From a plasmid: 64,000 nt of DNA. The stretch is from the sequence record NZ_CP022071.1, one strand, 5' to 3'. The position numbers and the translations under genes are program-made. The notes beneath the pieces were generated by a model that was given only the letters and a program-made list of their open reading frames with translations, was not told the DNA's origin and searched no databases. Of the stretch, positions 29,701-40,262 are shown in pieces (positions within the stretch are counted from its first letter, which is position 1; every line of letters begins with the position of its first letter).

Positions 29701-30048
29701 TTAGTCAGTTATGCATGGTTTCATCGGTGGCGGTCCACAAGGGTTCGCGCCAGTGGAACGGGTGGTGATCATCCAGCCTTCCATCTGCCTGACATAGCTT
29801 ATATCTGTTAGCGGGACCAGACGGACCTCATCTTTTGGCAGGTGCCCGCGTCGTGCCTGTATTTTTTCAGACAGCGCCCGGGTGATCGGCAACAACGAAA
29901 CGCGTTCTGGTGAAATTTGCAGGGGAAGGAAATGATGTTGTTTATCGGCTATTTTTCACGTAGCGTACGCACTGGTTATGGATACAGTTAGTCTGGCCTT
30001 AATTGCCCGGCGCAGCCCGCATATACAACTTGTTCTTAAACTCCGGTA

Positions 30049-30431
30049 TCACTTCATCACTTGGATGTTTTTTACATCTATCTTTATACCATCCCAGCCT
30101 CGATCCACTTCTCCTTTAATATGAATCTTATCCGCAGGCGAGGCTGTTTGCCCCATCCAGTATTTGTTATCGATGTCCACATAAACAGTACCGCTGCTGT
30201 CACGGAATTCATAAAGCTCGTGACCGACTTGCCTGATAATGTTGCCTTCCAGTACCACCCACGCATCATCCCACTGTTTTTTAGCCTGTGAAACCGATGT
30301 CTGGGTGGGGGCCGGGCCTGTAAATCCTCCCTGAACATACCTGCTCTACGGAAGAAATAATGTCCGTTTGCCGGGCAAGCAAACTGAAAGAAAGAGTGGT
30401 AATGATAAGAGTGATTAAAGTTTTTTCCATT
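30049..30431 (-). pseudogene. YgiW/YdeI (BOF, OB-fold) family periplasmic protein gene with a single frameshift
   Basis: Signal peptide MEKTLITLIITTLSFSLLA from the ATG at 30429. After ...SSVEQVCSG the frame shifts at the short C-run near 30333-30337. The +2 frame continues ...QAKKQWDDAWVVLEGNIIRQVGHELYEFRDSSGTVYVDIDNKYW... to 30049. Confidence 0.5.
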
Positions 30432-30929
30432 TCTGTTTTCCCTGAAAAAAATTCCTGGAAAACTTAATGAACAAATCTTAACTAAATCTTAAGCGAAAGT
30501 AAGCGACAGGATATTTGCTCCTTTTTCCTGATTGCATCCGGTTTTGCTAGTATGGATAACCTTTATCCAGTGAGCGCTTTCATGGGGAGGCTCTTAACCC
30601 CGGAGAGCATAAACATTACAGAGCAATACACGAGATCTGGTCATTACTTCTCTGTTTTGGCGTGAAGGTCGCCGTGATTTTTTCATCTTCTTACGGAGTG
30701 TCCTGCCCAAAGCCTCTGAAGGCAAAGATACACTCGGATAATCTCACAGCCCGAAGCATTACATAATAATTTCACGGATGTTAAGAACTTATTTTTATTA
30801 TGTTTTTTCTGGTGCTTATTTGTCTGTTTTTTATATTTTTGAAAGTTTATATTTATTTTTTCTTTTTTGATATATGTCTTTTCATGTACAAAAAGATTTG
30901 CATTGCAGATATTTTGATTTTTTGTGCTA

Positions 30930-31055
30930 TAGCGATCTTTTATTCTGCATTATGTATGATAAATAGACGTTTAACCTGTTTTCTTGTGATTTTGTGGTGA
31001 AACATTCTGATTTATTTTGTTTGCATGGTAGAAAAGATCGCAAAAATGATCTTTT
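30930..31055. promoter_or_regulatory. pef phase-variation switch region: GATC sites 102 bp apart (30934-30937 and 31036-31039, plus 31048-31051) upstream of pefB
   Basis: GATC spacing equals the pap GATC-I/GATC-II spacing. PapB-like (pefB) and PapI-like (pefI) genes are present in the window. Confidence 0.5.
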
Positions 31056-31148
31056 TCAAAACAAACATCTGTATATAATTCCCGGCATAAAGTTTGTTTC
31101 CTTTGGAAATTTTCTGTCACAACACCAGATTGAGCCGGAGATAATCCA

Positions 31149-31451
31149 ATGATGCTGAACAGAAAAGATGCTGATTATTATTTGGGCAAAGAAATCATGC
31201 TGGCCAGAATAAGAAGAGGGGCGCTGATACCTGCAAAAGTAAATGAGGAACATTTCTGGTTACTCATCGGTATATCATCCATTCACAGTGAGAAGATTAT
31301 TCAGGCACTCAGGGACTACCTTGTTTTTGGTGTGTCCAGAAAGGATGTCTGTGAACGCTATGAAGTGAACAACGGGTATTTCAGTACCAGCCTGAACCGC
31401 CTGTCACGCATCAGTCAGGCCGCTGCGCAGATGGTTGTTTATTATTCATAA
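31149..31451 (+). CDS. pefB: PefB, PapB-family fimbrial regulator
   Basis: 100-aa ORF immediately upstream of pefA. Confidence 0.8.
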   Translation: MMLNRKDADYYLGKEIMLARIRRGALIPAKVNEEHFWLLIGISSIHSEKIIQALRDYLVFGVSRKDVCERYEVNNGYFSTSLNRLSRISQAAAQMVVYYS

Positions 31452-31725
31452 GTCTGTGTTGTTCACGGACTGAGGGGCAGCTTCCGCCTGGCATTAAAAA
31501 CAGATAACAGACACTGAATTTAATTCGGATGCGTATTTGCGCGCCTGTTTTACAGGGTGGTTATTAAATATATCGGATGGTAACTCAGGATTTTTACGAT
31601 GTCACGTCATAGCTGACTTTATTTCTGCCCTGTCCGGGAAGGAATAACGCCAGCCATGCTGGAAAATGTGAATGTGTATTTTCATTTTGTGAAAGACAAA
31701 AAATTAAATTCAAGAGGTTATATAC

Positions 31726-32244
31726 ATGAAAAAGAGCATTATTGCTTCCATTATTGCACTGGGTGTTCTGGGCGGGACTGCACACGCTGCCAATGAAGTA
31801 ACTTTCCTGGGTTCAGTAAGCGCAACAACCTGTGACCTGACCACTTCTGTCAACGGCGCCGCTCAGCCGAACCAGGTTGTTCAGCTGGGTACCGTTCAGG
31901 CTAACCAGCCGGGTAATTTTGTTGACTTCGCCATGAAACCGGTTGACCCGAATGCACAGGGTTGTGCAAATCTGGCTCAGAAAACGGCCACTGTTTCCTG
32001 GGCTTCTGCTGCCCTGGATGGCGAAGGCTTTGGGGCAACCAGCGGTACAGCTACTGATGCCAAAGTACTGGTTGAAAGCGTGAACTCCAAAAACCCGGGG
32101 GCTGTAAACGCTAACGCCAGCACGGTTGACTTTGAAGGTGCCAAGCTGACCACCGACGGCCTGCAGTTCAAAGCCAAGCTGAAAGGTGGTGCGACCGAAG
32201 GTGACTTCAAGTCTGTGGCATCTTTCGCAGTGGCTTACAAATAA
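31726..32244 (+). CDS. pefA: PefA major fimbrial subunit
   Basis: 172 aa with signal peptide MKKSIIASIIALGVLGGTAHA. A GCGGCGCAC-N4-GTGCGCCGC hairpin (32285-32306) follows, like the papA attenuator. Confidence 0.95.
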   Translation: MKKSIIASIIALGVLGGTAHAANEVTFLGSVSATTCDLTTSVNGAAQPNQVVQLGTVQANQPGNFVDFAMKPVDPNAQGCANLAQKTATVSWASAALDGEGFGATSGTATDAKVLVESVNSKNPGAVNANASTVDFEGAKLTTDGLQFKAKLKGGATEGDFKSVASFAVAYK

Positions 32245-32425
32245 TCCCCCGTAAGCAGAACCTTACATATTTTATTTAAATGACGCGGCGCACCGCCGTG
32301 CGCCGCATTTAATTACCTTGTTCGTTATTTTTATATCGCTGATTGCAGGCCGGGACAGCACCTGTATATTCATCCCGCCATCCTGCATTCCGTTATTACC
32401 TGTTTAACAGGAAATTGTATTTTCC

Positions 32426-34879
32426 GTGCAATTTCCTCCGGAGAGGGACTGCCTGAGTCAGGGGGGTGTTGTGTCATTTCATCACCGGGTATTTAAACTG
32501 TCGGCGCTGAGTCTCGCCTTATTTTCTCACCTATCTTTTGCCAGCACTGACTCAGAGCTGAACCTGGATTTCCTGCAGGGAATGAGCGCCATTCCCTCCG
32601 TATTAAAATCCGGCTCGGATTTTCCGGCCGGACAGTATTATGTCGACGTCATTGTTAACCAGGAAAACGTGGGTAAAGCCCGTTTGTCCATTACGCCACA
32701 GGAAGAATCAGCAAATGCCCTGTGCCTGTCGCCGGAGTGGCTGAAAGCTGCCGGGGTTCCTGTCCGCCTGGAGGGATATGCCTCCACGCTGAATGCTGCC
32801 GGGCAGTGCTATGTCCTCAGCCGCAACCCCTATACCAGGGTGGACTTCAGCTATGGCTCCCAGAGCTTGGTGTTCAGTATTCCCCAGTCGTTCCTGGTCG
32901 GTAAAACGGACCCCAGCCGCTGGGACTACGGCGTGCCGGCGGCACGCCTGAAGTACTCCGCCAACGCCTCGCAGACGTCCGGGCAAAGCACCAGTGCCTA
33001 TGCAAATGCCGACCTGATGGTCAACCTCGGACGCTGGGTGCTGGCCAGTAACATGAGCGCATCCCGGTACGCTGACGGCTCCGGTGAGTTCACCGCCCGG
33101 GATATCACGCTGTCCACCGCCATCAGCCAAGTGCAGGGGGACCTGCTGCTCGGTAAATCCCAGACCCGCAGCGCCCTGTTCTCTGATTTCGGCTTTTACG
33201 GGGCGGCACTGCGCTCCAACAGTAACATGCTGCCGTGGGAGGCCCGCGGGTATGCCCCGCTTATCACCGGGGTGGCGAACTCCACCTCCCGCGTCACCAT
33301 CAGCCAGAACGGGTACGCCGTGTACTCAAAAGTGGTGCCGCCCGGTCCGTACCAGCTGGATGATGTCCGCTCCGTGGGGAACGGTGACCTGGTGGTGACC
33401 GTGGAGGATGCGTCCGGCCACAAAACCACCACCGTCTATCCGGTCACCACCCTGCCGACGCTGCTGCGTCCCGGGGAGGTTGAATACAATGTGGCGGTCG
33501 GTCGCAAGTCCAGTAACTATAAGCTGAAAAAACCGTTCGCTGACGGTGAAAACGGCATGTTCTGGATGGGAAGCGTGGGGTACGGCTTTGATTCCACCAC
33601 GCTGAATGCCGCTTCTATCCTGCACGGTAAATACCAGGCCGGCGGGGTGAGCGTGACGCAGGCCCTGGGCGGCTTCGGCGCCGTGTCCGCCGGGATGAAC
33701 CTGTCACAGGCGAAATACGACAACGGAGACAACAAACGCGGGCACAGCGTCAGCGCCAAGTATGCCAAAAGCTTCTCTGACAGCTCGGACCTGCAGTTGC
33801 TGGCCTACCGTTACCAGAGTAAGGGGTATGTGGAGTTCGCAGACTTCTACAGTACAGACCGGTATACCCGCTACAACACAAAATCACGCTATGAGATGCG
33901 CTTCTCGCAACGCTTGGGGAACAGTAACCTGAATCTGGCCGGCTGGCAGGAGGACTACTGGTGGATGAAAGGAAAGGCCATCGGAGGCGATGTTTCCCTC
34001 AGTACCACCATTCTGGACGGTGTGTCGGTCTTCCTGAACGGCAGCTACAGTAAACGCCCGTACCTGGACAAACCGGACTACAGCACGTCGCTCTCCTTTA
34101 GCATTCCGTTCACCCTGGGTGGGGTTCGCCATTACAGCAGTACCGGACTGAGCTACAGCAGCAGCGGCAGGATGGGGATGAACAGCGGGGTGTCGGCAAG
34201 TCCGACGGACCGCCTGAGCTACGGCCTGAACACCAACCTGAGTGATAAGGGCGACCGCAGCCTGAGCGGCAACCTCTCGTATGGCTTTGATGCCATCCAG
34301 ACCAACATGATGCTGTCGCAGGGACGTGATAACACCACCGTGTCAGGCAGCGTGAGCGGCACAATTCTGGGCACGGCAGACAGCGGCCTGATGATGACGA
34401 AGGAAACCGGTAACACGCTGGGCGTGGCGCGCATTCCGGGGGTGAAGGGCGTGAGGATTAACGGCTCAGCCCCCACCAACAGCAAGGGATACACCGTGGT
34501 GAACCTGTCGGATTACTCCCTGAACCGGGTCAGCGTGGACATGGAAAACGTGCCGGATGACCTGGAGCTGCAGACCACCTCCTTTAACGTGGTGCCGACG
34601 GAAAAAGCTGTCGTGTACCGGGAGTTTGGCGCCGAGCATGTGCTGCGCTACATCCTGCGGGTGAAGGAGCGTGACGGACGGATATTGAACGGGGGCAGCG
34701 CGCAGACGGAGCAGGGACTGGATGCCGGGTTCATTGCCGGTAACGGCGTCCTGCTGATGAATATGCTGAGCGCGCCGTCACGGGTCAGCGTCGAGCGGGG
34801 GGACGGCAGTGTCTGCCATTTTTCAGTGAAAGGTATTGTGCCTAATACCGGCAAAGTTCAGGAGGTTTATTGTGAATAA
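32426..34879 (+). CDS. pefC: PefC outer-membrane fimbrial usher
   Basis: ~800-aa usher-family ORF; start uncertain (possibly GTG/TTG near 32470). Confidence 0.9.
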   Translation: MQFPPERDCLSQGGVVSFHHRVFKLSALSLALFSHLSFASTDSELNLDFLQGMSAIPSVLKSGSDFPAGQYYVDVIVNQENVGKARLSITPQEESANALCLSPEWLKAAGVPVRLEGYASTLNAAGQCYVLSRNPYTRVDFSYGSQSLVFSIPQSFLVGKTDPSRWDYGVPAARLKYSANASQTSGQSTSAYANADLMVNLGRWVLASNMSASRYADGSGEFTARDITLSTAISQVQGDLLLGKSQTRSALFSDFGFYGAALRSNSNMLPWEARGYAPLITGVANSTSRVTISQNGYAVYSKVVPPGPYQLDDVRSVGNGDLVVTVEDASGHKTTTVYPVTTLPTLLRPGEVEYNVAVGRKSSNYKLKKPFADGENGMFWMGSVGYGFDSTTLNAASILHGKYQAGGVSVTQALGGFGAVSAGMNLSQAKYDNGDNKRGHSVSAKYAKSFSDSSDLQLLAYRYQSKGYVEFADFYSTDRYTRYNTKSRYEMRFSQRLGNSNLNLAGWQEDYWWMKGKAIGGDVSLSTTILDGVSVFLNGSYSKRPYLDKPDYSTSLSFSIPFTLGGVRHYSSTGLSYSSSGRMGMNSGVSASPTDRLSYGLNTNLSDKGDRSLSGNLSYGFDAIQTNMMLSQGRDNTTVSGSVSGTILGTADSGLMMTKETGNTLGVARIPGVKGVRINGSAPTNSKGYTVVNLSDYSLNRVSVDMENVPDDLELQTTSFNVVPTEKAVVYREFGAEHVLRYILRVKERDGRILNGGSAQTEQGLDAGFIAGNGVLLMNMLSAPSRVSVERGDGSVCHFSVKGIVPNTGKVQEVYCE

Positions 34880-34880
34880 G

Positions 34881-35564
34881 ATGATGAAGTGGGGACTGGT
34901 GTCCCTGCTGTCCCTGGCCGTCAGCGGGCAGGCCATGGCAGCCTTTGTGCTGAACGGCACGCGTTTTATCTATGAGGAAGGGAGAAAGAACACCTCATTT
35001 GAGGTGACCAACCAGGCGGATGAGACCTTTGGCGGCCAGGTGTGGATAGACAACACCACCCAGGGCAGCAGTACGGTGTATATGGTACCGGCGCCGCCGT
35101 TCTTTAAGGTCAGGCCCAAGGAAAAGCAGATTATCCGCATCATGAAGACGGACAGCACGCTGCCGTCAGACCGTGAGTCGCTGTTCTGGCTGAACGTTCA
35201 GGAGATTCCGCCGAAGCCAAAGGCGTCGGAAGGGAATGTCCTGGCGGTGGCCGTGAACACGAAGGTGAAGCTGATTTACCGGCCGAAAGCGCTTGTTGAG
35301 GGACGCCGTAATGCCGAGAAAAACCTGCAGATTGCGCACCGCGGCGGTGAGGCTTACCTGAAGAACCCGACGCCGTACTACTTTGCGGTCACCGGGGTGA
35401 AACTGAACGGGCAGCCGGTCAGGCTGAACGACAGGGTGATGAATGAGATTGCGCAGCTGGCGCCGAAGAGTGAGGTGGCGCTGGGGAAACTGTCGCTGAA
35501 CGGAACGGTGACGGTGCAGGCTGTTAACGACTGGGGCGGCACCCAGGACTACACGCTGAAGTGA
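34881..35564 (+). CDS. pefD: PefD periplasmic fimbrial chaperone
   Basis: PapD-like. Start MMKWGLVSLLSLAVSGQAMA right after the pefC stop; the ORF track begins 15 codons upstream. Confidence 0.9.
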   Translation: MMKWGLVSLLSLAVSGQAMAAFVLNGTRFIYEEGRKNTSFEVTNQADETFGGQVWIDNTTQGSSTVYMVPAPPFFKVRPKEKQIIRIMKTDSTLPSDRESLFWLNVQEIPPKPKASEGNVLAVAVNTKVKLIYRPKALVEGRRNAEKNLQIAHRGGEAYLKNPTPYYFAVTGVKLNGQPVRLNDRVMNEIAQLAPKSEVALGKLSLNGTVTVQAVNDWGGTQDYTLK

Positions 35565-36136
35565 GCCGGGAGAGCAGGATGATGAGACGAAGTGAAATCA
35601 GGTGGATGAAACGTCATGTGTGTGCAGGAGCGCTGGTTACTGGGCTGCTGTTCCCTTTGGCGACAGAAGCGGCTTCGAAGGAAAATATAACCATTCCATT
35701 CACGTTAACCAACCCGCAACAGACCTGCAAACTGACCTTTGATAACGGCGGTAATACGATGAACTATCAACTGGGAGTAATGAATAAAGGAGTCCGGATG
35801 CAACACAGACCGTTTACCGTGAAAGTGGATTGTGGGCAGAGTACTGTGGTGAAGACAGCACTGACAGCAAGAAACACCACTGGAACCCTGCAGGGGGGCG
35901 GTGACAGCAGCGTAGTCATTATGCGGATGAACGGTCAGCCGTCAAATAATGGCCCGCTGTTCTGGCTGGAAAATGGTAGTAAGCGGGTGAAACTGACTGG
36001 GAAGGACGATGATGCTTTCTGCATATCCCCCTCCCCGAACAACTGTGAGCTCCGCCCTGTGACTGATATTCCGGCAAATTCACCGGAGGGGAATATTGAT
36101 GTGACGGTGGTTTTTGATGTGGTTTACCCACAGTAA
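35561..36136 (+). CDS. pef-associated secreted protein (pSLT orf5-like)
   Basis: Signal peptide MKRHVCAGALVTGLLFPLATEA; the likely true start is near 35606. Confidence 0.65.
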   Translation: MSRESRMMRRSEIRWMKRHVCAGALVTGLLFPLATEAASKENITIPFTLTNPQQTCKLTFDNGGNTMNYQLGVMNKGVRMQHRPFTVKVDCGQSTVVKTALTARNTTGTLQGGGDSSVVIMRMNGQPSNNGPLFWLENGSKRVKLTGKDDDAFCISPSPNNCELRPVTDIPANSPEGNIDVTVVFDVVYPQ

Positions 36137-36376
36137 AAACGGCTGGGCTACTGTTTGATGAAGAGAACCCCGTTTATGCAATACCACGGTCAACAGAAAA
36201 TCATCGTACCCCAATCTGAAACCAGAGGAACTATGGGGGATATGCTGCCGGAATCAACTGAATGCCGAGTGGCTAAGACTGACACCGGCTCTGTAAATGA
36301 TTATGTAGGTTAACTCACTATGGGTCTGACTAAACATCGGACGAAAGAACTATGTAGTGAATAACAACGTAAAAAT

Positions 36377-37264
36377 ATGGGCTATAAAATGTTAAAATTA
36401 CTAATTGCTTCAGTCATCATCATGGGGGGAACGGTCATCACTTACCCTGCTCATGCAAAAACCACAACTGTATCCACATATAGTCAAGGAATCTACCAAT
36501 ACCAAATGCAGGCAAGTAACTTTATGATTAAGTCAGACCAAGCAGCCCTTTCTATGGTAACAATGACTTCATTCAGTCAGTGCAACGTACAAATTATATC
36601 GCGTACCTGTAATGGAACAGCTATGGTTATAGCACCCGATGGAACACGATATCCCGCAGAAGTTGAGTGCAAGGTTGCAGATAAGGGTTTCGGCGTAATG
36701 TTTCGGGCCCCGGGCCTGGTTCAGAATGGCATTGTTGCGGGTGAAGGGTATATACTCCCCGCTGGCTATACGTTGATGTTTAGTCTCAGCCGAACAGGAG
36801 AAGTCCGTACGACTAGAACCCTATATGATGAATGTGAGGCCAGTTCGCTGGGATCGTGGCTTCACCAATATCACTTACCATCACCGAGCGTCACACTCAC
36901 TTCTTCATCTGGAGCACGTTATACCCTCGGTAATGGTGTAATGTCGACAAGCTTTCCTGCAGGAGGTACGACAAAAAGTATTACCGTTGAGCATCCAGAT
37001 TCGATAAACAGCAAGGCTGGGGTAAATGGTGCGTTCGAGCAAGTGATACTAAAGGCTAGTGGGACTCCTGGTGCTTCTATTCGTGTAACACAGTCGATAA
37101 CTCCCAGCGAAGTGGCCAGAAATGCACAATTGTTAAAAACTACTGGAGGTCAGTGCACGACAATGCGTGCTGGAGATGAATGTAAACTTGTTCTTGCGCC
37201 AGGAACAATACGACCAGGACAGACAAGTTCGGGCACAGTGTTAATAAGTGTGCAACTGCAATAA
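36377..37264 (+). CDS. pef-associated secreted protein (pSLT orf6-like)
   Basis: Signal peptide MLKLLIASVIIMGGTVITYPAHA, 295 aa. Confidence 0.65.
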   Translation: MGYKMLKLLIASVIIMGGTVITYPAHAKTTTVSTYSQGIYQYQMQASNFMIKSDQAALSMVTMTSFSQCNVQIISRTCNGTAMVIAPDGTRYPAEVECKVADKGFGVMFRAPGLVQNGIVAGEGYILPAGYTLMFSLSRTGEVRTTRTLYDECEASSLGSWLHQYHLPSPSVTLTSSSGARYTLGNGVMSTSFPAGGTTKSITVEHPDSINSKAGVNGAFEQVILKASGTPGASIRVTQSITPSEVARNAQLLKTTGGQCTTMRAGDECKLVLAPGTIRPGQTSSGTVLISVQLQ

Positions 37265-37695
37265 AGCGTAATCTTCACGCCACATAAGCAAGGCAGGCGA
37301 TATAGCCATAATTGACAGGTGACAAAAAATATCCATGCGTGGTGTACTGAGGCCAAAGCATCTGCGTTATACCCGGCGCTAATAACATTACATTTTCCTC
37401 AACGTATCTATAGGCGACCAAGAGGAATTTCGTAAATAACTATGAGGTAACAGTTGTGTCTCGACTCTAATGGGGTGAGAACAAAAAGTAACACGAATTA
37501 CCAGACGTAAATTAGTTAACGATGTACAAAATACGTGGTTTAGTTAGCTCAGATGCAACGATAAATTAAGCAACAAACAGACTGGTACATATTTATATCA
37601 TATGTCTCTTAAGGCTGAGAGGGTGGCTTAGAATCCTTGTGTTATGAATATTAATGAGACTGTTTTTATTTACATAAAAAGAGCAATTCCGGTTT

Positions 37696-37908
37696 ATGAG
37701 TGAATCCATTGTTACAAAAATTATTTCCATCGTCCAGGAACGTCAGAACATGGATGACGGCACGCCAGTTAAAACCCGCGATATTGCCGATGCTGCCGGA
37801 CTCAGTATCTACCAGGTCCGCTTGTATCTTGAGCAACTCCACGATGTCGGGGTGCTTGAGAAAGTGAATGCCGGAAAGGGAGTTCCCGGATTATGGCGTC
37901 TGCTCTGA
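37696..37908 (+). CDS. pefI: PefI, PapI-family regulator
   Basis: 70 aa, MSESIVTKIISIVQERQNMDDGTPVKTRDIADAAGLSIYQVRLYLEQL. Confidence 0.85.
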   Translation: MSESIVTKIISIVQERQNMDDGTPVKTRDIADAAGLSIYQVRLYLEQLHDVGVLEKVNAGKGVPGLWRLL

Positions 37909-38243
37909 CCGCTTTCCCGGAAGACGGGGATTTCAGCCGGATATGGTACGACCGGCTTTGTATCGAATTTAACAGCGACGGCGGACTGAGTCCGGCTGAG
38001 CTGCGGGTTATCCGGCTGCTGCTGCGGGGCTATAACAGCGGGCAGATTGCTGCCCTCTGTTTTCGCAGCGTCAAAACCATTTCTGCCCAGAAAGGCCAGG
38101 CTTTCAGGCGCCTCGGCGTCCGGAATGATGCAACCCTGTTGCCGACCCTGATGCTTCTGGGGATGGTGACACTGTACACCGACCTGAACCGGGTTCATTC
38201 ACTGGAAGAAGCCGGCCTGGAATGCGGACCGGAGGCCGGATAA
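37893..38243 (+). CDS. srgD: LuxR/GerE-type HTH regulator
   Basis: LSPAELRVIRLLLRGYNSGQIAALCFRSVKTISAQKGQAFRRLGV is a GerE HTH. Position matches srgD in the pefI-srgC operon (from memory). Confidence 0.7.
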   Translation: MASALTAFPEDGDFSRIWYDRLCIEFNSDGGLSPAELRVIRLLLRGYNSGQIAALCFRSVKTISAQKGQAFRRLGVRNDATLLPTLMLLGMVTLYTDLNRVHSLEEAGLECGPEAG

Positions 38244-38487
38244 GTATCACTGAAAGTTATTTTATGATGTTCATGAAATTTATTTATTACGCCTGTCTGG
38301 CCGTAGTTATATTAATGGCAATGGTCTTTTGTGTGTCAGTATTTTTTATTCTGGAAAACGCATAACCGGAATATTCCGGCTGCCGCCTTAATGACCATAC
38401 CTGATGAATTAATATTTACTGCTGCTGTCAGGCGGTGCCGTTAAGCGGCCTTTCGTTCTGTATATCTGTTATCCATGGAGTGTTTCC

Positions 38488-39141
38488 GTGACGATGAATT
38501 ATGCCCGGGATCTGTTTTCCCTGAAGGGAATATTATTTTCTTTTTTGTTAGCTGGCTGCGTCTGTCCTGTGGTTGCGCAGGAGTGGGAGTCCATAACTCC
38601 CCCGGTGGTTGATGCCCCCGCTGTGGTGGAGTTCTTTTCCTTTTACTGCCCGCCCTGCTATGCGTTCTCACAGACAATGGGCGTGGACCAGGCCATCCGG
38701 CACGTACTGCCGCAAGGTAGCCGGATGGTCAAATACCATGTCAGCCTGCTGGGCCCCCTCGGCCATGAGCTGACACGGGCCTGGGCGCTGGCCATGGTGA
38801 TGAAGGAAACTGACGTGATCGAGAAGGCCTTCTTCACGGCCGGCATGGTGGAGAAACGCCTGCATTCCCCGGACGATGTCCGCCGGGTGTTTATGTCTGC
38901 CACCGGTATCAGTCGTGGGGAGTATGACAGAAGTATAAAAAGTCCCGCCGTGAATGACATGGTGGCATTACAGGAACGGCTGTTTAAGGAATATGGCGTG
39001 AGGGGGACGCCTTCCGTGTATGTCCGTGGCCGTTACCATATCAACAATGCCGCCTTCGGTGCATTCTCCGTCGAAAACTTCAGGAGCCGTTATGCTGCGG
39101 TGGTCCGGAAACTGCTGGCCGGTAACCCTGATGCAGACTGA
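38488..39141 (+). CDS. srgA: SrgA DsbA-like disulfide oxidoreductase
   Basis: CPPC active site (FYCPPCYAF) in a thioredoxin fold, 217 aa. Confidence 0.9.
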   Translation: MTMNYARDLFSLKGILFSFLLAGCVCPVVAQEWESITPPVVDAPAVVEFFSFYCPPCYAFSQTMGVDQAIRHVLPQGSRMVKYHVSLLGPLGHELTRAWALAMVMKETDVIEKAFFTAGMVEKRLHSPDDVRRVFMSATGISRGEYDRSIKSPAVNDMVALQERLFKEYGVRGTPSVYVRGRYHINNAAFGAFSVENFRSRYAAVVRKLLAGNPDAD

Positions 39142-39273
39142 TGATAAAGGCACCATACAGGCCGGAGATATCCTCCCGCTCCGTGCACTGATTCTCCTGC
39201 TGCTGACCAGCGTCTTTATCTCCGGCTTTCTGACCGGCGTCCTGGTCGTGATCTGGCTTATCAGCCGTGGGAC

Positions 39274-40173
39274 ATGATGTGGAGTCCGGTCTCCCCTGTA
39301 ACAGAAAACATAACCTTCACCACCACGATGTTCAGATATTTATGTAATCAGAAAGCAGCACTGCTGACCGCCATTCTCCTGATGGCGGCCGGCGTGCTCA
39401 CCCTGTGTTTCCCGGAGTCCTGGTACCCGCAGGAAACAGAATGGCATCTCACGGCAGAAAAAGAAATTACCGGGATACACGGCGGCCTCTCCGGCCTGAC
39501 ATGGAACCCGGACAGCAGAACGCTGTTTGCCGTGACCGACCCCCCCTCCTCGGTGGTGGAGCTGGACACGGAAGGGAACGTGCTGCGGGTGATACCGTCA
39601 GACGGCGACCACGATTTTGAGGCCATCGAATACCTCGGCGGGAACCGCTATGCCCTGTCCCGGGAGCGGGAGCGGACGCTCACCACCCACTGCATTGACA
39701 GCAGCACGACCGTCCTCCCGCCGGCAACATACAGCCTGACGCTGGATGTGAACAGGCACAGCGACAATGCCGGTTTTGAAGGCCTTGCCCGGGGACGGGG
39801 AGAGCATGCCCTGATGGTGGCGCAGGAGAAAAAACCGCTGCGGCTTTACGTGACGGACCGGAGCCCTGATGCGCTGTCGGTGAGTGACTCGCTGACACAC
39901 CGGGCGTCCCTGCCATGGTTCCTGAAGGATATCTCCGGTCTGCATTATGACCGGAACAACGGGCTCCTGTATGTACTTTCCCATGAGTCTGCCGTGGTCG
40001 TGGTGTCGGGCCTGGACGGCGGGAGGAAAGTGATGTCGCTGCACCGGGGACTCTGCGGCCTGCGAAGCGATATCCCGCAGGCGGAGGGGATAACCTCAGA
40101 TGACCGGGACACGCTGTGGATAGTCAGTGAACCGAATCTGTTTTACCGCTTCACCCGCACGGCAGCGTCCTGA
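39274..40173 (+). CDS. srgB: SrgB SdiA-regulated / YjiK-like beta-propeller lipoprotein
   Basis: 299 aa with signal/lipobox region ...LTAILLMAAGVLTLC, placed between srgA and rck. Confidence 0.8.
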   Translation: MMWSPVSPVTENITFTTTMFRYLCNQKAALLTAILLMAAGVLTLCFPESWYPQETEWHLTAEKEITGIHGGLSGLTWNPDSRTLFAVTDPPSSVVELDTEGNVLRVIPSDGDHDFEAIEYLGGNRYALSRERERTLTTHCIDSSTTVLPPATYSLTLDVNRHSDNAGFEGLARGRGEHALMVAQEKKPLRLYVTDRSPDALSVSDSLTHRASLPWFLKDISGLHYDRNNGLLYVLSHESAVVVVSGLDGGRKVMSLHRGLCGLRSDIPQAEGITSDDRDTLWIVSEPNLFYRFTRTAAS

Positions 40174-40187
40174 GGATGAAGCGGCGT
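39978..40187. repeat. inverted repeat copy 1 (3' end of srgB), partner at 41929-42139
   Basis: ~210 bp; the reverse complement matches 41929-42139 with one internal mismatch. Confidence 0.8.
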
Positions 40188-40262
40188 TACGGGTGTGCAG
40201 GAGCAGAAAGCACACCTTCTGTCATAACACAATGAACTTAACTGTGTTCAGGGAGTTTTATC

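Noticed and set aside
30800-31253. Small ORFs 30800..31000 (plus) and 31056..31253 (minus) upstream of pefB
   Set aside because: Extremely AT-rich, low-complexity translations inside the pef regulatory region; unlikely to be genes.
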